The position numbers were made by a program, and so were the translations under genes. A stretch of DNA of 63,346 nucleotides, the filler included, from Asterionella formosa (lineage: Eukaryota), in the NCBI GenBank assembly GCA_002256025.1. It is 18 parts of 18 records of this genome, joined end to end, with 100 filler letters (N's around TTAATTAATTAA, not from the genome) between each part and the next. Parts side by side here need not be neighbours in the genome. Positions count along the whole stretch, not along the records: positions 31,621 to 61,374 come from NKIB01000966.1; 17 more parts are not named here. One strand, given 5' to 3'. The notes beneath the pieces were generated by a model. That model was given only the letters and a program-made list of their open reading frames with translations, was not told the origin of the DNA and did no database searches. Position 1 is the stretch's first letter, and each line of letters begins with the position of its first letter. Positions 37,431 through 50,200 of the stretch are shown here, piece by piece.

Positions 37431-38442
37431 TCCAAAGGGAATTCTCACTGGATGGGAGATAATGGAAATATATGATATGGTTGATTTGCATTTTTGGAGA
37501 AAGGCTGCGGAAAAAATGGGGATGGCTCAAAAAGAAGCCTCACTCTTCAAGCTGGAATTCGACTTATTGGCCAATAGTATGAAATCAAGGAAACAATTTG
37601 AGCTCACCATTGATGGGAGATGACCTCGCTGCGGGAAGTTCAATGAGCATTTCAATCATTACATTCAATGTCATCTGATGTTCCCATTCAAAACAGGAGA
37701 GAAAGAAGACATGCGAATCACTCAAGGGAGCCATATGCGGAAGGAACACTTGCTCATATGTTCTCAACACATTTTGTAAAGGCATGGAATAGTGGTTTGA
37801 AGTATTCATTCCATCATGGGATACCTCTCTCCCAGAAGTACATGACATTGTCGAACATATGAGGCCTTTCTAAATTAGAAGGATACAGGTTGGGACCAAG
37901 CTCCTCTCTGAGGCAGGACTAGTCGGTACTGAGGTAGGGCACATGCAGCTACTGTTGCTCCAGGTACAGTCAATCTGACAGTTCTTTACATCAACAACTG
38001 CCAACCAAGTTTCGTTCAAGGAATAAATTTTGGTACAGAGACTCCTTAGACCAACAAAAATAAAAATTGGAGTCAGAGGTAGATTGTTCGGCCATCTCGG
38101 ACTTGTACAATTCCCCAGAACGCATTACTCTCACCGATCGATCATTATTTCTTTTACAATGCCACATCCACATACATCGGCACACTCTTGATCGAAAAAT
38201 CTTGTAGATACAAATATTCAACACTTCCATAAGTGCATGGGATCCGCTCCACAGTAGTAGTACCTTGCCAAAAATTAGAGCTCGGCTCCTACTCGCATAA
38301 AGATGGGAGCTCATGGAGAAACGTCGACAACGTGTTCAATACAGATCCAATTGATTAACCGATTCTCTCTCATGTCAGCAACGGCACAAGTGCGATTATT
38401 AGCTAAGCGTTAATGTACTAAAAAATTTCATTTACATATAGA

Positions 38443-39856
38443 ATGGAATCTACGTCCAACTTCACTCCATGCTGCCTAGGCAATGCCTGTAAGATGATGC
38501 AAAAGGAAAGTGCCAAATTTCCTCATGCTGCAATCAACTGCCGGTGTTTTTCATGTGATGAAGCGATACATTCCCTTTGTGGAGAGACGAATGTATCAGT
38601 AAATAATGGGGGTGGGTGGACTTTGGGAGTTGTATGTGATGTTTATATGCTCCTGTATGAGTGTGCTGGTAACCAGTACGCAGGTCAAATTTTGAGTGGT
38701 ATGAACATGAATGTTCTGTCTGATAAGTTTGGCGCATTTACACCGGATTTCTTTTATCATAGTACTATTGGTGTTCCCGAGGCAGTGGCTATTGTGAAAA
38801 GCAAAACATAGATGGAGTCGAATCAAAAGGTTTCTATAATATTGAAAGCATGTTTTGGAGAACTACAAGAAGATTTAGTATACACTAGAAAGACTACGGT
38901 TTGGAATAGCTTTCATGTTTCACCATACTGATACTGCAAATGAATTACACCACACCAATTCACCACTTGCAATGTCGCCTATTTTCAGGAAGCAAGAATT
39001 TATTGAATTGTGGGATTCTGTCATAGTAGTGTTTCCTTGAGAAAATGATAGGATTGCACAGCGCTGTGTTATGAAGCTGACTGGGGTTCCGCCTCATGTT
39101 GTCCAGCTTGCTGCAGCAGATCAAAACAATTGTTTTGGAAACACAGCCATGATTGTTAGATGTTGTCTAAAAAATGGTGGATGAGCGTACCATGGGTTGT
39201 ACATGCATTGTCAAAATGGTAGATGAGCGTACCATGGGTTGTACATGCATTGTCAGTGACTAAAATGAAGTCTATTTTGGAAGAATGCATGTCGAAAACA
39301 ATTTGTTGAGGAGGAGCTAGATCAATGGGTGCAAACAACAGCAAACAATATGCCATTGTCAGCGAATGATCGTGGTGCAGATCATGCCGAATTGACGGTT
39401 TAACACAAAATTTGGAGTTACAAGGGAAAATTTAGATGGGTTTGTCCCAACTGGAAATTCCCTAAATGCGGCCTCCTTGTCGTTGCATACAAACAATGAC
39501 ATATGAAGGATACAGTGGTGTCAGGGCAGTGTGCCATGAAGTTTTTGAAGCACATGGATGTTGATCATTCGACAGATGGGAGGCGAAGTCTCATGGGGAG
39601 ATTAGATTTGGCTGCACATGAAAAAGGGTTGCTTCCTACCTACATCAGGAAATGTCAGATTTGTTGTAGGAAAGCATTTGATATTGTGGCTAGATCATTG
39701 GGAGTTCCTACAGTAGCTACAAAGAGCCAAGGCCAGCATATAGAGCAAACTAAGTGGCCTACCTATCTCAGAATCATGACTTCCAAAGTTATGTTGGTGC
39801 GAAGCCGCATTTCTTCAGTACCAATCATATTTCCGACAATAACTTTAAACATGTAG
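38443..39856 (+). pseudogene. Degraded ORF remnants with Cys-rich fingers at both ends (possible transposon relic)
   Basis: C..C...C..C...H..CG at 38470-38583; RKCQIC.RKAF...LGVP near 39650. Confidence 0.3.
39171..39255 (+). repeat. 42-bp tandem duplication
   Basis: AAAATGGT(G/A)GATGAGCGTACCATGGGTTGTACATGCATTGTC twice. Confidence 0.9.
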
Positions 39857-40399
39857 TTGGTCAAGAGGTTTAAGTGAATAAATTATCTAAAAGCCTATAA
39901 ATACTATTCAATTATCGAAGCAGACATAATATATTAGATATATATTGAAATTTCACAACGTCAAAAATAATATCATTAGTTTCTGTGTTAGGTGTAGATA
40001 GGTGTGGTCCGCCTGAGGTAGAAGTCCTTCTCGTGTGTGCATTTTTGTACTGACCACTTTTTTGTGTCGATTCGACCTAAAATTCAGGATGTGAATACTA
40101 GCTAAGTCGTCAAATAGTTTGCTTCTGACGTCGATTGGTCATGATGCATGTAGCCATGTACATAGTATGTATGATACAAATCAGTCTCATGCCAATCACT
40201 GCCTCCTTTCTTCTTGTTTACTCTAAGTACTCGATTATGGCTGGGTGCATTGTAAATAAATCCGAGGTAGTCATATAAGGACAGGATAAACCCCTGAAAA
40301 TGCTCGACAGAAATTCTGTACTCTTGACTAAGTTACATTTCATCAAATCAAGCTTTCATTCTGCTTGTATCATGAATCGAAACTTGGGCTGTAGTGTAG

Positions 40400-41017
40400 T
40401 ATAATGATATGTCAATTACTAAAAACATGAAAATCTATAATTTTCTTTTGAATAGATCTAGACAATCACAATCAAAACTCATAAGCGTCGAACACACCCT
40501 GGCATCATCATGCGCTGTCACCTGGAATTGGGATGCAATAAATATCCTTATGGCTTACCATGCTTGCATGGATGAAAGTCTGAGCATGAGGAAGCAAGTC
40601 GTTCATCAACTTTGCAGGTTTGGTTGCAAACAAATCGGCTGATTGCTGATCGTTGTTGCCAGAAACATTCACTAAAAACCCTCTTCTTCATCCCTGAATC
40701 ACTGACAGAGACCAGCTGTATTTGAGATGCCATTGGACACAATTTTTGACAGATTTCATTTTTGAAATGTGGAAGGAGAAAATATTTCAGAGCCAACATT
40801 CTTGGTGGGGAAGCCAGGGTGTTGTCACCAAGCAACACGACTATTACTGTCAAAACTCCGGCAGGTGCTTGTCAACAAGCAAGGAAAGCGCTGGGCCTTC
40901 AGGATCTCCGTCATAGTAGCTAGAAATGCTCTCGAATTTATGTGGAATCTTCACGTGGATGATCAAAAGGGAAAAACAAAGAATGACATCATATTCAACA
41001 ATCTGCCAATCAAATGA
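40400..41017 (+). mobile_element. Degraded LINE C-terminal fragment
   Basis: WDAI, DAIG, Q.DYY, GKRWA....FMWN pattern across shifted frames. Confidence 0.45.
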
Positions 41018-42071
41018 TGACAATCTAGCTAACTGCAACGAAAAGAAAAGCTTAGATCATGTTCTATGAATATAAAGGCATTCTAATAAATAGTACATCT
41101 GTAACTAACTTACTAGTAATTCCCGCTCCAAATATCGTCTTGCTTGCCTCTATGTATTTCTTGAGTAATTTTTATTGAGGGGCAATATCGGGTACTCATC
41201 GATTTTTTCATGACAGCCAGAATAACGCGTAAATACACGAGAATGATTGTAACATGCAACATCAATGAAAATTGAACTTGATGTTTGGAGTAACCAAAGA
41301 ATGAAATGCGATGTAATAAGTAGCGTCAAACGCGAAAAAGAAAACATTGTTTTGGGTCAGAAATGAAGTAAAAAAGGACTTTCAAGGGAAACGTATGCAT
41401 TGTAGCACTTACACAAGCAACAATGACTTTCCATCAAACCATCAAAAAGCGAAATGAAACAGATACTAAGAAAAGAAAATGTCAATCCAAGAATTGAAAT
41501 CTGCATCGTGATGTAGTTTAGATGATCTGGTAGCTGCAACCATAAAGATCTCTGAAGTAGCCTGACCCAAGTGGCTTGCAGGCCTTCTGCCCACAGTCAT
41601 TCCTCCCATCAATTAGCAGCCCTGATCATTTCATTCCAATCCGTTCTGATTGATCGTGATCGTCAGGACGCTTCAGCACTATCGAATCTCTCTAGCTGAG
41701 TATTTATGTAGCTTGTGATAAGAACTCCTAGTAGAAATGTAGCAAAGCGCGTTAGTACAAAAAGCATTGCTTGGCGGCAATAGTGACATCATGGTAAACG
41801 ACTATACAAAACAACAATACGTCTTTAAAGAGTAGTCTTCGATAAATACATTGGTTCTTTTGCAAATAGATACAATCGAATCAAAACGGCAGGGCGGTAT
41901 GACAAAAAACGATAGAAGCGATCAAAATGGCCCATGGAAGCACCAATCAAATCGGAAATTCGATAAATAGTATCTACAATCCACATTCAGTGCTTCACTG
42001 CTATACTCACCAATCCGCTTTAACTAGCATAACAAGCAGCAGACAATGTGATCAAAGAAAGACGAACATTG

Positions 42072-42310
42072 CCTGTTGAAAGCCCAAATTGAGCAACCGC
42101 AGGCAGGATAGAGTAAGAATTATAATTGTGAGGACGAAATCGGGCATCATACGGTACATAAAATCAATCAAAATGTGAATGATATAAGAAGGTCGAAAGT
42201 TCCTGTTGCAAGCCCAGATTGAGGGCAGGCAGGATAGAGTGAGAGTTATAATTGTGAGGACGAAATGGGGCATACGGTACGTAAAATCAATCAATATGTG
42301 AACGATACAA
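42072..42310 (+). repeat. About 130-bp imperfect tandem duplication
   Basis: GCAGGCAGGATAGAGT...TTATAATTGTGAGGACGAAAT...AAAATCAATCAA twice. Confidence 0.85.
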
Positions 42311-43591
42311 TTTAACATTCTGGTCTCATAAAGATAGCTAATACCAAGTTTACAGCGATAATATTATAACGTGTTCAAAGTAAGCGTTAAAGTTTAGCTT
42401 AAACCATGCATGGTTCTTTTCAGTACAACGTACGTATGTGGGCTAGATGACTACCGGTAGAATATCCATTAAGCATCATCACACCATGCATGACCGGAGC
42501 GAAAACTTGCCATCAACATCAGATGTATCGCTATCATCGCTTGTCCGACGAAATATGGACGATACGACTACATGAATCCCTCGAAAAGACAAGCAATCCA
42601 AGAACCAATCGCATCCGTTAGACAACGCTACTGGCGTCATCACTGAACTGATTTCGCTTCAAACCGGCAATGATGGACGACGATTGGCATGGTGAAATGT
42701 GAATTGCTGGAGTCCACTTTTCAGGAAATGAACAAAAACAAGGTGAATTCTTCTAGATATACATTATTAAATTCTGTGGAGTATATAAAATGGTTTCCTT
42801 AAGTAGACCCCTTGCCAATTTCGGCAATCCCAGGGCTGAACAACCGAGGGGAAATTGCTACAAATTGTAATGCCAAAATGCGAACATAGGAAGTATTCAA
42901 AATATATTTTAATGATGGGCAATATGGGACCCTTTGCAAATTTTGATGTGAAGATAGGAAATATACAAAATATATTTATATGATGGGCTATAGCAAGCTA
43001 AAATTGACATCTACATTCAATGAGTAGGCAGTAGGTAAGCGAATGGCGCGACAATAGCTAGTTTGTGAATTGCCTTCAGCAATCCCCACCCTAGCTAGGT
43101 ATCGTCTTGCTTTCGTTGAGAACTGTGTGTGTCTAAGTAATTATTGCTATCTCTAAGTAATTTTTAGTTAGGGGCACAGTGGTTTTTCGGCAGTCCAATT
43201 TTAGGTTTGAGCAGGGATGGTTAAAGAAACATCAGGAGTATAATTTTCATAGGAACTTTTGAAAATCGTATGGGGTTGAATATTGAACCAGAAGCTTAGA
43301 AATCGATACTACATCGAAAATGCATGGTGCACCAAAAATGAAGGAATATGCATGGAAAGTCACAAAAGAATGATCGTAATAAATGTCGAAAAGTTCGATG
43401 GTTTTTTTTCAGCAACCAAAGTATGAACCGAAAAACGAGAGGTAAGATTTGAAAAAGAAGAGGGAGTAGAATAAATAGTGAAAAAGATAATGTGTCAGTG
43501 GAAAAATCATGTGAAAAATTGTCAACGCATGTTCATTAAGAATTGTTAGCTCACACTTTTTGTTGTTGTCGAATCGAAATGTCAGAAATGT

Positions 43592-44116
43592 TCAGATCGG
43601 TCCTGGAGGAGGAGTGGTTTCTGGAGTGATGATGACTTGTGGTGGAGGTTGCTGTGGAGCAATGGCTTGATAGTATTTTTTTGGTGGTGGTGTTGATTGG
43701 TGGTGGGGTATTATCTCCTGGCAGGAGGAGGAGGAGGAGGAGGATGGCTCGACATGCGTACAGGTTGATGATGGTGGCTTGGTGTTGGGTAGTAAGAGTG
43801 TGGGTGGTGATAGGCAGAAGGAATAGGTTGGAGGAGGAGGAAGAGGAGGAGGAGGATGATAAGCAGATATGGCATGATATGTTGTTGGCACTGGAGAAGG
43901 TGGTAGAGGGTGGTTGGATGCCAGGAAGTATTGGGAGACTGATTGAGCTTCTGGATCAGCAGGACTTACAACACAACAACCAACAGGAGGAGTAGACATA
44001 GAGGTTGTGACTGTAGATGGTATGGACGAGAATGAAACTGATTGAGGAGTTTCAAGTGGGAAAACACTTTCGACCTTTTTAAAAACTGCTATGCGGGCCT
44101 GGTGTTGCATCTCCAT
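43592..44116 (-). CDS. Pro/Ser-rich ORF fragment of unknown origin, abutting a Copia remnant
   Basis: Low-complexity open frame only. Confidence 0.3.
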   Translation of the reverse strand: MEMQHQARIAVFKKVESVFPLETPQSVSFSSIPSTVTTSMSTPPVGCCVVSPADPEAQSVSQYFLASNHPLPPSPVPTTYHAISAYHPPPPLPPPPTYSFCLSPPTLLLPNTKPPSSTCTHVEPSSSSSSSCQEIIPHHQSTPPPKKYYQAIAPQQPPPQVIITPETTPPPGPI

Positions 44117-44194
44117 GGAAGGGTTCTGGTATCTGGAGTAAATTTCGGCAGAAGAGTGCCTAGATTTATCAAGAACAAGCAATCTTGGTTGGAA

Positions 44195-46231
44195 GGGGAA
44201 ATTTTCACGGAGAAAGGCCCGACTGGTTCTAGGAGGTCACATGATCGATGCCTCAGGACACAATATATATGACACCAACATGAAGGGAATCAGTGCCAGA
44301 ATCCTCATGCTTATTGCAAGTGCAAACGAACTCAGGGTATTAACAGGGGATATTGTGAATACGTATTTGTATGCCAGCACAAATGAAAAGATATTCTGCA
44401 GGCTACGAGAAGAGTTCAGCATAGCAGGGCATGGGGCTACTGGAAGGATTGCAGTGCTTGAAAAGGCACTGTATGGCACCAAGAGCGCAGCAAACCGATG
44501 GCATGCACATCTAGCCGACACTCTACGATGTATGGGCTTTGTAACAAGCAGATATGATGCAGACATTTGGTAGTACCAAGCACGTAGTGATGGCTCTGGC
44601 TATGATTACATCGGGACACATACTGATGACCTGATGATAGTGGCAAAGAACCCGGAAGGGTACTTTGAGGTGTTAAAGGAGAAGTATACGATAAACAAGA
44701 TTGGCCCACCTGCGTTCCACTTGGGATGTGACTACTACGTAAAGGAACCAGATGATAAATGGAGCATAGGAACAGAAACCTATGTCAAGGAGACCCTGGA
44801 GAGAGTGAAAACCATGCTAGGCCATAAGGACCTTGGCAAGGATGACACACCACCTATCTCGCCAACATTCCATCCAGAGCTAGACCATTCACAACTACTA
44901 GAAATCTCGCCAACATTCCATCCAGAGCTAGACAATTCACAACTACTAGATATCTCGCCAACATTCCATCCAGAGCTAGACAATTCACAACTACTAGATG
45001 TCGACCAACACAGGCTATACCAGCAAATAGTTGGAATAGCCCAGTGGTTGATAACATGTGGTAGGCTTGATCTTTGCTATGCCATTTTGTCTTTAGTAAG
45101 TCGATTCAGCGCCGCACCACGGATAAAACATCTAAATGCACTGGAGCAAGTATTCAAGTATATTAACAAAAATTGATCACTGGCGATCTAAATGTCTCAC
45201 CAAAGCATGACATTATGTATGAGGGCGCGGATTGGACTGAGCAGTACCCAGGAGCAATCGAAGAAATGGATGAGAAATTTCCTACTCCACTACTAGGGAA
45301 GGAATTTACCACAACCATATACTTTGATTCAGACCACGCCCATGATGAGAAAACGAGACGCTCTATTACTGGGATGATTGCCTTTATACTAGGGTCTACT
45401 CCAGTAACATGGCTGGGCATCGAAGCGTCAAGGGGCCATAGCAACTAGCACTTACACTGCAGAGCTAGTAGGTGCAGGTAGAACGGCTGCTGAGGAAGCC
45501 ATCAGCATCAGATACATGCTGAGATCTTTAGGGGTGCCCATGACAACACGAACACTACTACTGGGAGACAACCTGGGTTTGCTCCAAAGTACCTCGAATC
45601 CTGGGTCTGAATGCCATAAGAAACATAGTATGGTTAACTATCACTGTGTGCAGGAGTGTTGTGCATCTGTATTCATTCAATTCGCGAAGGTAGACACTAA
45701 GTTGAATCTTAGCGATGGCTTTCTTTACCAAGGCTGTCGAGAAGTCTATCTACCTTGATCATAGAAGATGACATTTTGCAGCATAACACTTATGTATAAC
45801 AAGGCAATTTAGCAAATTCACCATTACTTTAGAAGCACTACGTCCATAGCTTTAGGGGTGGTCAGGTATACATAGTACATTGGCATGTAAGCTCCTACGG
45901 ACAAGTGATGGAAGTAGTGATCCCAACTACTGTAATATACTCACTGCCTGATCAAGGATGGGGTCACAAAAAACCTCGTGGGGAGTAATCCCCCTTTGTG
46001 TGATAGACCGGGACTACCTCCAGGCCTAGGTCTATCGGGTAGGTTGCCATTAGTATGGAGGGACGACTGTATCTATACGTACGTTGTGATGTGCGTGGGT
46101 AGCAGGAGTTGTACGGCGAATGCAATGCTACAGGAGCATAATAAACCTTCACAGATCCATGCACCAACCGGGAGTAACGCACCCGAAGGGTACCGGAAGC
46201 TATTTTCCAGCAGCAATGGATCACCTGACCC
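44195..46231 (+). mobile_element. Degraded Copia RT-RNase H with putative 3' LTR (45859-46231)
   Basis: KARLVLGGH, GDIVNTYL, KALYGTKS, HTDD, DSDHAHD..TRRSITG, LGDNLG; stops and frameshifts; TGGTCAGG...CCTGACCC termini. Confidence 0.85.
44856..44999 (+). repeat. In-frame 48-bp triplication in the Copia RT
   Basis: ISPTFHPELD(H/N)SQLL(E/D) three times. Confidence 0.95.
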
Positions 46232-46978
46232 TTAGTATGGAAGAGGCCTAGAGTAGTAATCTAGATCCTGACTGGCAGAGATCATGCTCCTTCTCCGGCC
46301 ATGAGCTGAGAAGTGATCTGGTTTTTCCATCCCCCAAGCAGTTGCAAGGTCTACGAAAATTCTAGTTTTACAAACTTTTCCAAAACAGGCACCAATCTTG
46401 CGTCCAGGAGCTTCATAGAGAATTCCTAGTTTATGTCTTGGCTGAGTATAAAGAATCAAAGCATAGCAAGCAATACATGTTAGTGATATTGTCAAGTAGA
46501 AAATAACAAAACATAGTAGATATAAACACTGTTTATATCTATTATTGGCAATATTGCCAAGCACTTACCTTAAGTTCCTTCTCAGAAGCTCTCCTTCCCT
46601 CGAAAGAACGGTTCATTGCTAGCAATCATCTCTGGAGAGCAAAGGTTATCACGGTAGTAGTGATGCACAAGTTTCACAATACAATTAGGGTTGCAAGTAT
46701 CTTCAACAATTGTGCGTTTAAGTAAACTGGAGTACCTACGCTCAGTTTTCTGTACAGTAAGTGCATTATTTTTTCTGTGTCACTGGGATGAAGAACCACA
46801 GTATGGAGCCCATTCGAAATTCCGACGGTCACCAACACACCTTATCAAATGTCAATTATGAAATTTCAATAGACCCCTGACACCAAATGCCTTTTTTTAC
46901 TTCCATGCAATCGACTTAATGCAGCCATTGTAGTCTTCAAAAAGGTAAGAGCCGCAGTAATAATAGCTTCGCGTCCTT

Positions 46979-47231
46979 TGTTGGAGATTATAAAGACTCC
47001 GGGTGACGTTGAGAGTCTGATGAGTCAAGTCGTGAAATGTTTCATGGGACTGACAGTGGGATCAAAATTAGTTGGAGTGGAAGTCTTGAATTGTATTTGG
47101 TAAGATTGAATTTGACAGGATTAAGTTTGGCAGGACCAGTTGGCAAGATTGATAGTTTAGATACAATTACAATTAGTTCACAATCTGAGAAACCTTGACT
47201 TGAGCAAGGAAGTCATGGGAGCCCTTCAACA
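46979..47231 (+). repeat. 5' LTR
   Basis: TGTTGG...TCAACA; 9 substitutions versus the 3' LTR by manual count. Confidence 0.97.
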
Positions 47232-50200
47232 TACTTCAAAGTATAAAGGTTAGGAACCAGAGGATGATTGTCGGTGAAAGAAAGAAAAGAAAAGTTTGTA
47301 AGTCACAATGGATGGATCCAAGGATAGTGACAAGATGAGTGTGAGACTTCCAATGTTTGATGGAGACCACAAGAAATTTTAAATGTGGAATACTCGATTT
47401 AGAGCATTTGCCACTGTTAGCAGATTTGCTGAGGCATTAGCTCCACAGGCTAGTATGATGCCAGCAAGAGAAGATGAGTTGATTGATGAAACAACTGATG
47501 ATGGCAGGTTGAAAGCTTTGGCCATCAGGAGAAATGGTGTAGCTATCGCAAATTTGTCAATGGCTTTCACATCTGAGGGAACAATGGGATTGGTGTACAA
47601 GGCGATGACTCCAGAGTGGCCAGGTGGGCTTGCTTATTTGGTAATGGAAGCTCTGAACAAGAAGTATCGACCTCAAGACACAATTACAAGAGTTGAGCTC
47701 AGGCAGAAGCTCAATAAGCAAAGTTGCCATGAAGAAAAACCAAGACCCTGCTACATTGTTTGAGCGAGTGAGTAGTATTGAGAATCAATACAATGTTCCA
47801 GGGGTCAAGTTAGATGAAGGTGATTTGATTGCTGTCATACTTGATGCAGCACCAGAAGAATACCATGCAGTACTTACATCAGAACAGAGACTTTGCAGTG
47901 ATAAGCTAACTTTAAATGATTTAGAGACTGCGATGAATCAATTTTGGAGACAAGGGAAAACCCCAAAGACTAATGATGGCAATGAGTGCATTTGGAGGTG
48001 TTTGCTATAATTGCAAGAAAAAGGGACATAAAGCCAATAAGTGCCCAGATAAAGAGCATAAAGATGGAAAAGGAACAAGACCTAAAGGAAATGGTGATAA
48101 GTTCAATGGAAAATGTAACAACTGTGGAAAAGTTGGGCACAAAGAATCAAATTGTTGGGAGAAAGAAGAAAATAAACATAAAAGGCCAGAGGGTTTTAAG
48201 TCCAGAAGTGCAGAAACTGCAGCATCGGCAGTTGATAATGGATCAAGAGTTGAATTTCTATTGTGTGGAATGACATTTCCTACTGATCAAGCAATATTGA
48301 TGGATCCAAATGTGTGGATTGCAGATACTGCTGCAACAGTCCACAATACTCCAAACATGGATGGTATGACCAATTAACGTGATGCAGAAAAGTCAGACGC
48401 TATCACAATGGGCAATGGGATAAGTGAAAAAGCTGTCAAGATAGCAGATATTAATGGTGTCATGTGTGACATACATGGAGTTGAAATTGCCAAAGCAACC
48501 ATGCAAGATGTGACTTTGTTGCCTACGGGCAAATACAATTTATTCAGTTTGACAAAAATGATGAAAATGGGATGGAAAGAATTAAGTGGTGATGATGATG
48601 CAATTGTGTTGACAATGAACGATAAAACAATAACATTTGACATCAAAATTCCAACTCCAAAGGGTCTGTTGTATGCCATGTACATGAAGACGGTGGTGAC
48701 AGAAGTTGCTGGTGCAGACCCAGCTTGTGGTGCCAAATTATCTATTAGAGAAATACACAATAAACTTGGAGATGTAAATGAAGATATGGCAAGGAAGACA
48801 GCCAAAGCTATTGGCTGGAACTTGACTGTAGGTGGCATGAGACCATGTGAAGCTTGCGCTACAGGTAAGGCAAAGCAACAGAATGTTCCCAAGGAAAGTG
48901 AACACGAAGAAGCAAAAGAAAACAATGAACAAATCTATTTGGACATTGCAACAGTGAAAAGACAGGACAATGACAATTATAAAGGCATGAATATAACTCG
49001 AGCAAATATGAGAATTATGGTAGATGAAAGGACTCAAATGAAATTCACAGATTTTTTTGAGATAAGGAATGGAATGGTTGAACCAACGTGTGAGCAGCTG
49101 TTTAAATGGAAGGCAAGTGGAATACCAGTGAAGTTCATAAGGCTCGATAATTCAGGAGAGAACCAACTGCTTAAGATTCGTGCAGATAGCAGTGATTGGA
49201 AGTTAAATGTGAAGTTTGAATTTACAGGAAGAGCTACTCCGCAACGTAACCATTTGGCTGAGTTGGGTTTTGCAGTAATTGCAAACCGTGGTCGTGCTAT
49301 GATGCACAGAGGAAATGTACCACTGGCTGATAGGTACAAACTGTGCAAAGAAGTATTGAAAACAGCAACATTGTTGGATGGTTTAGTTGTAATAACAATT
49401 GATGGAAAAGAAGCAACAAGATATGAACATTGCTTGGTGTGGCAAGAACCCAGATTTTACTGCACATTTGAGGGTGTGAGGAGAAGCTGGAACAGTCACT
49501 ATTAAATCAAATATGAACACAAAGGTGAAAGACAGAGGTGTTCATTGTATGATGGTGGGATACGCTCTGAACCATGCTGGAGATACATACAGAATGTGGG
49601 ACAAAAATACAAATCAAGTGCATGAAACACGAGATATCATTTGGTTGCGCTGAATGTATTTTGAGATGCCAATCATCAATCAGGATCTGGCAATTGCACC
49701 TGTGATTGATGATGATTATGATGTTGAAAAAGAACCTAGCATTAAAGTTGGGGAGGGATTAGATGAAAATGACGAGCAAGAAGACCAGCTACCACAAGAT
49801 GATGATAATGACACTGGTGGTGAAGCAGCTGAAAGTCCGAATACAAAAACACAAGTGATGACAAGGACTGGAAGGCGCATTAAAAATCCATCAAGATTGA
49901 TTGAAGAAATGGTTGCTTTTGTGAGCGACTATCAGATTTGTTTGACTGATGCAGAGGTGAAATATTATGAAGCAATGAAAGAATTAGAAGAAGTTCACAG
50001 TGATGCACATGAATTTGGATTTGTAGGTGCTGGACTTGGTGGTGGATTTGAAAACACATCAGAACTACATGTGATGAAATATGATGCAGCAATGAAGACA
50101 AAGGATGCGGCTGCATGGAAAATTGCTGTAGATGAAGAACATGATCATATGGTGAACAATAATGTTTGGAAACCTATTGACAGAGCAAAGATTCCAAGTA

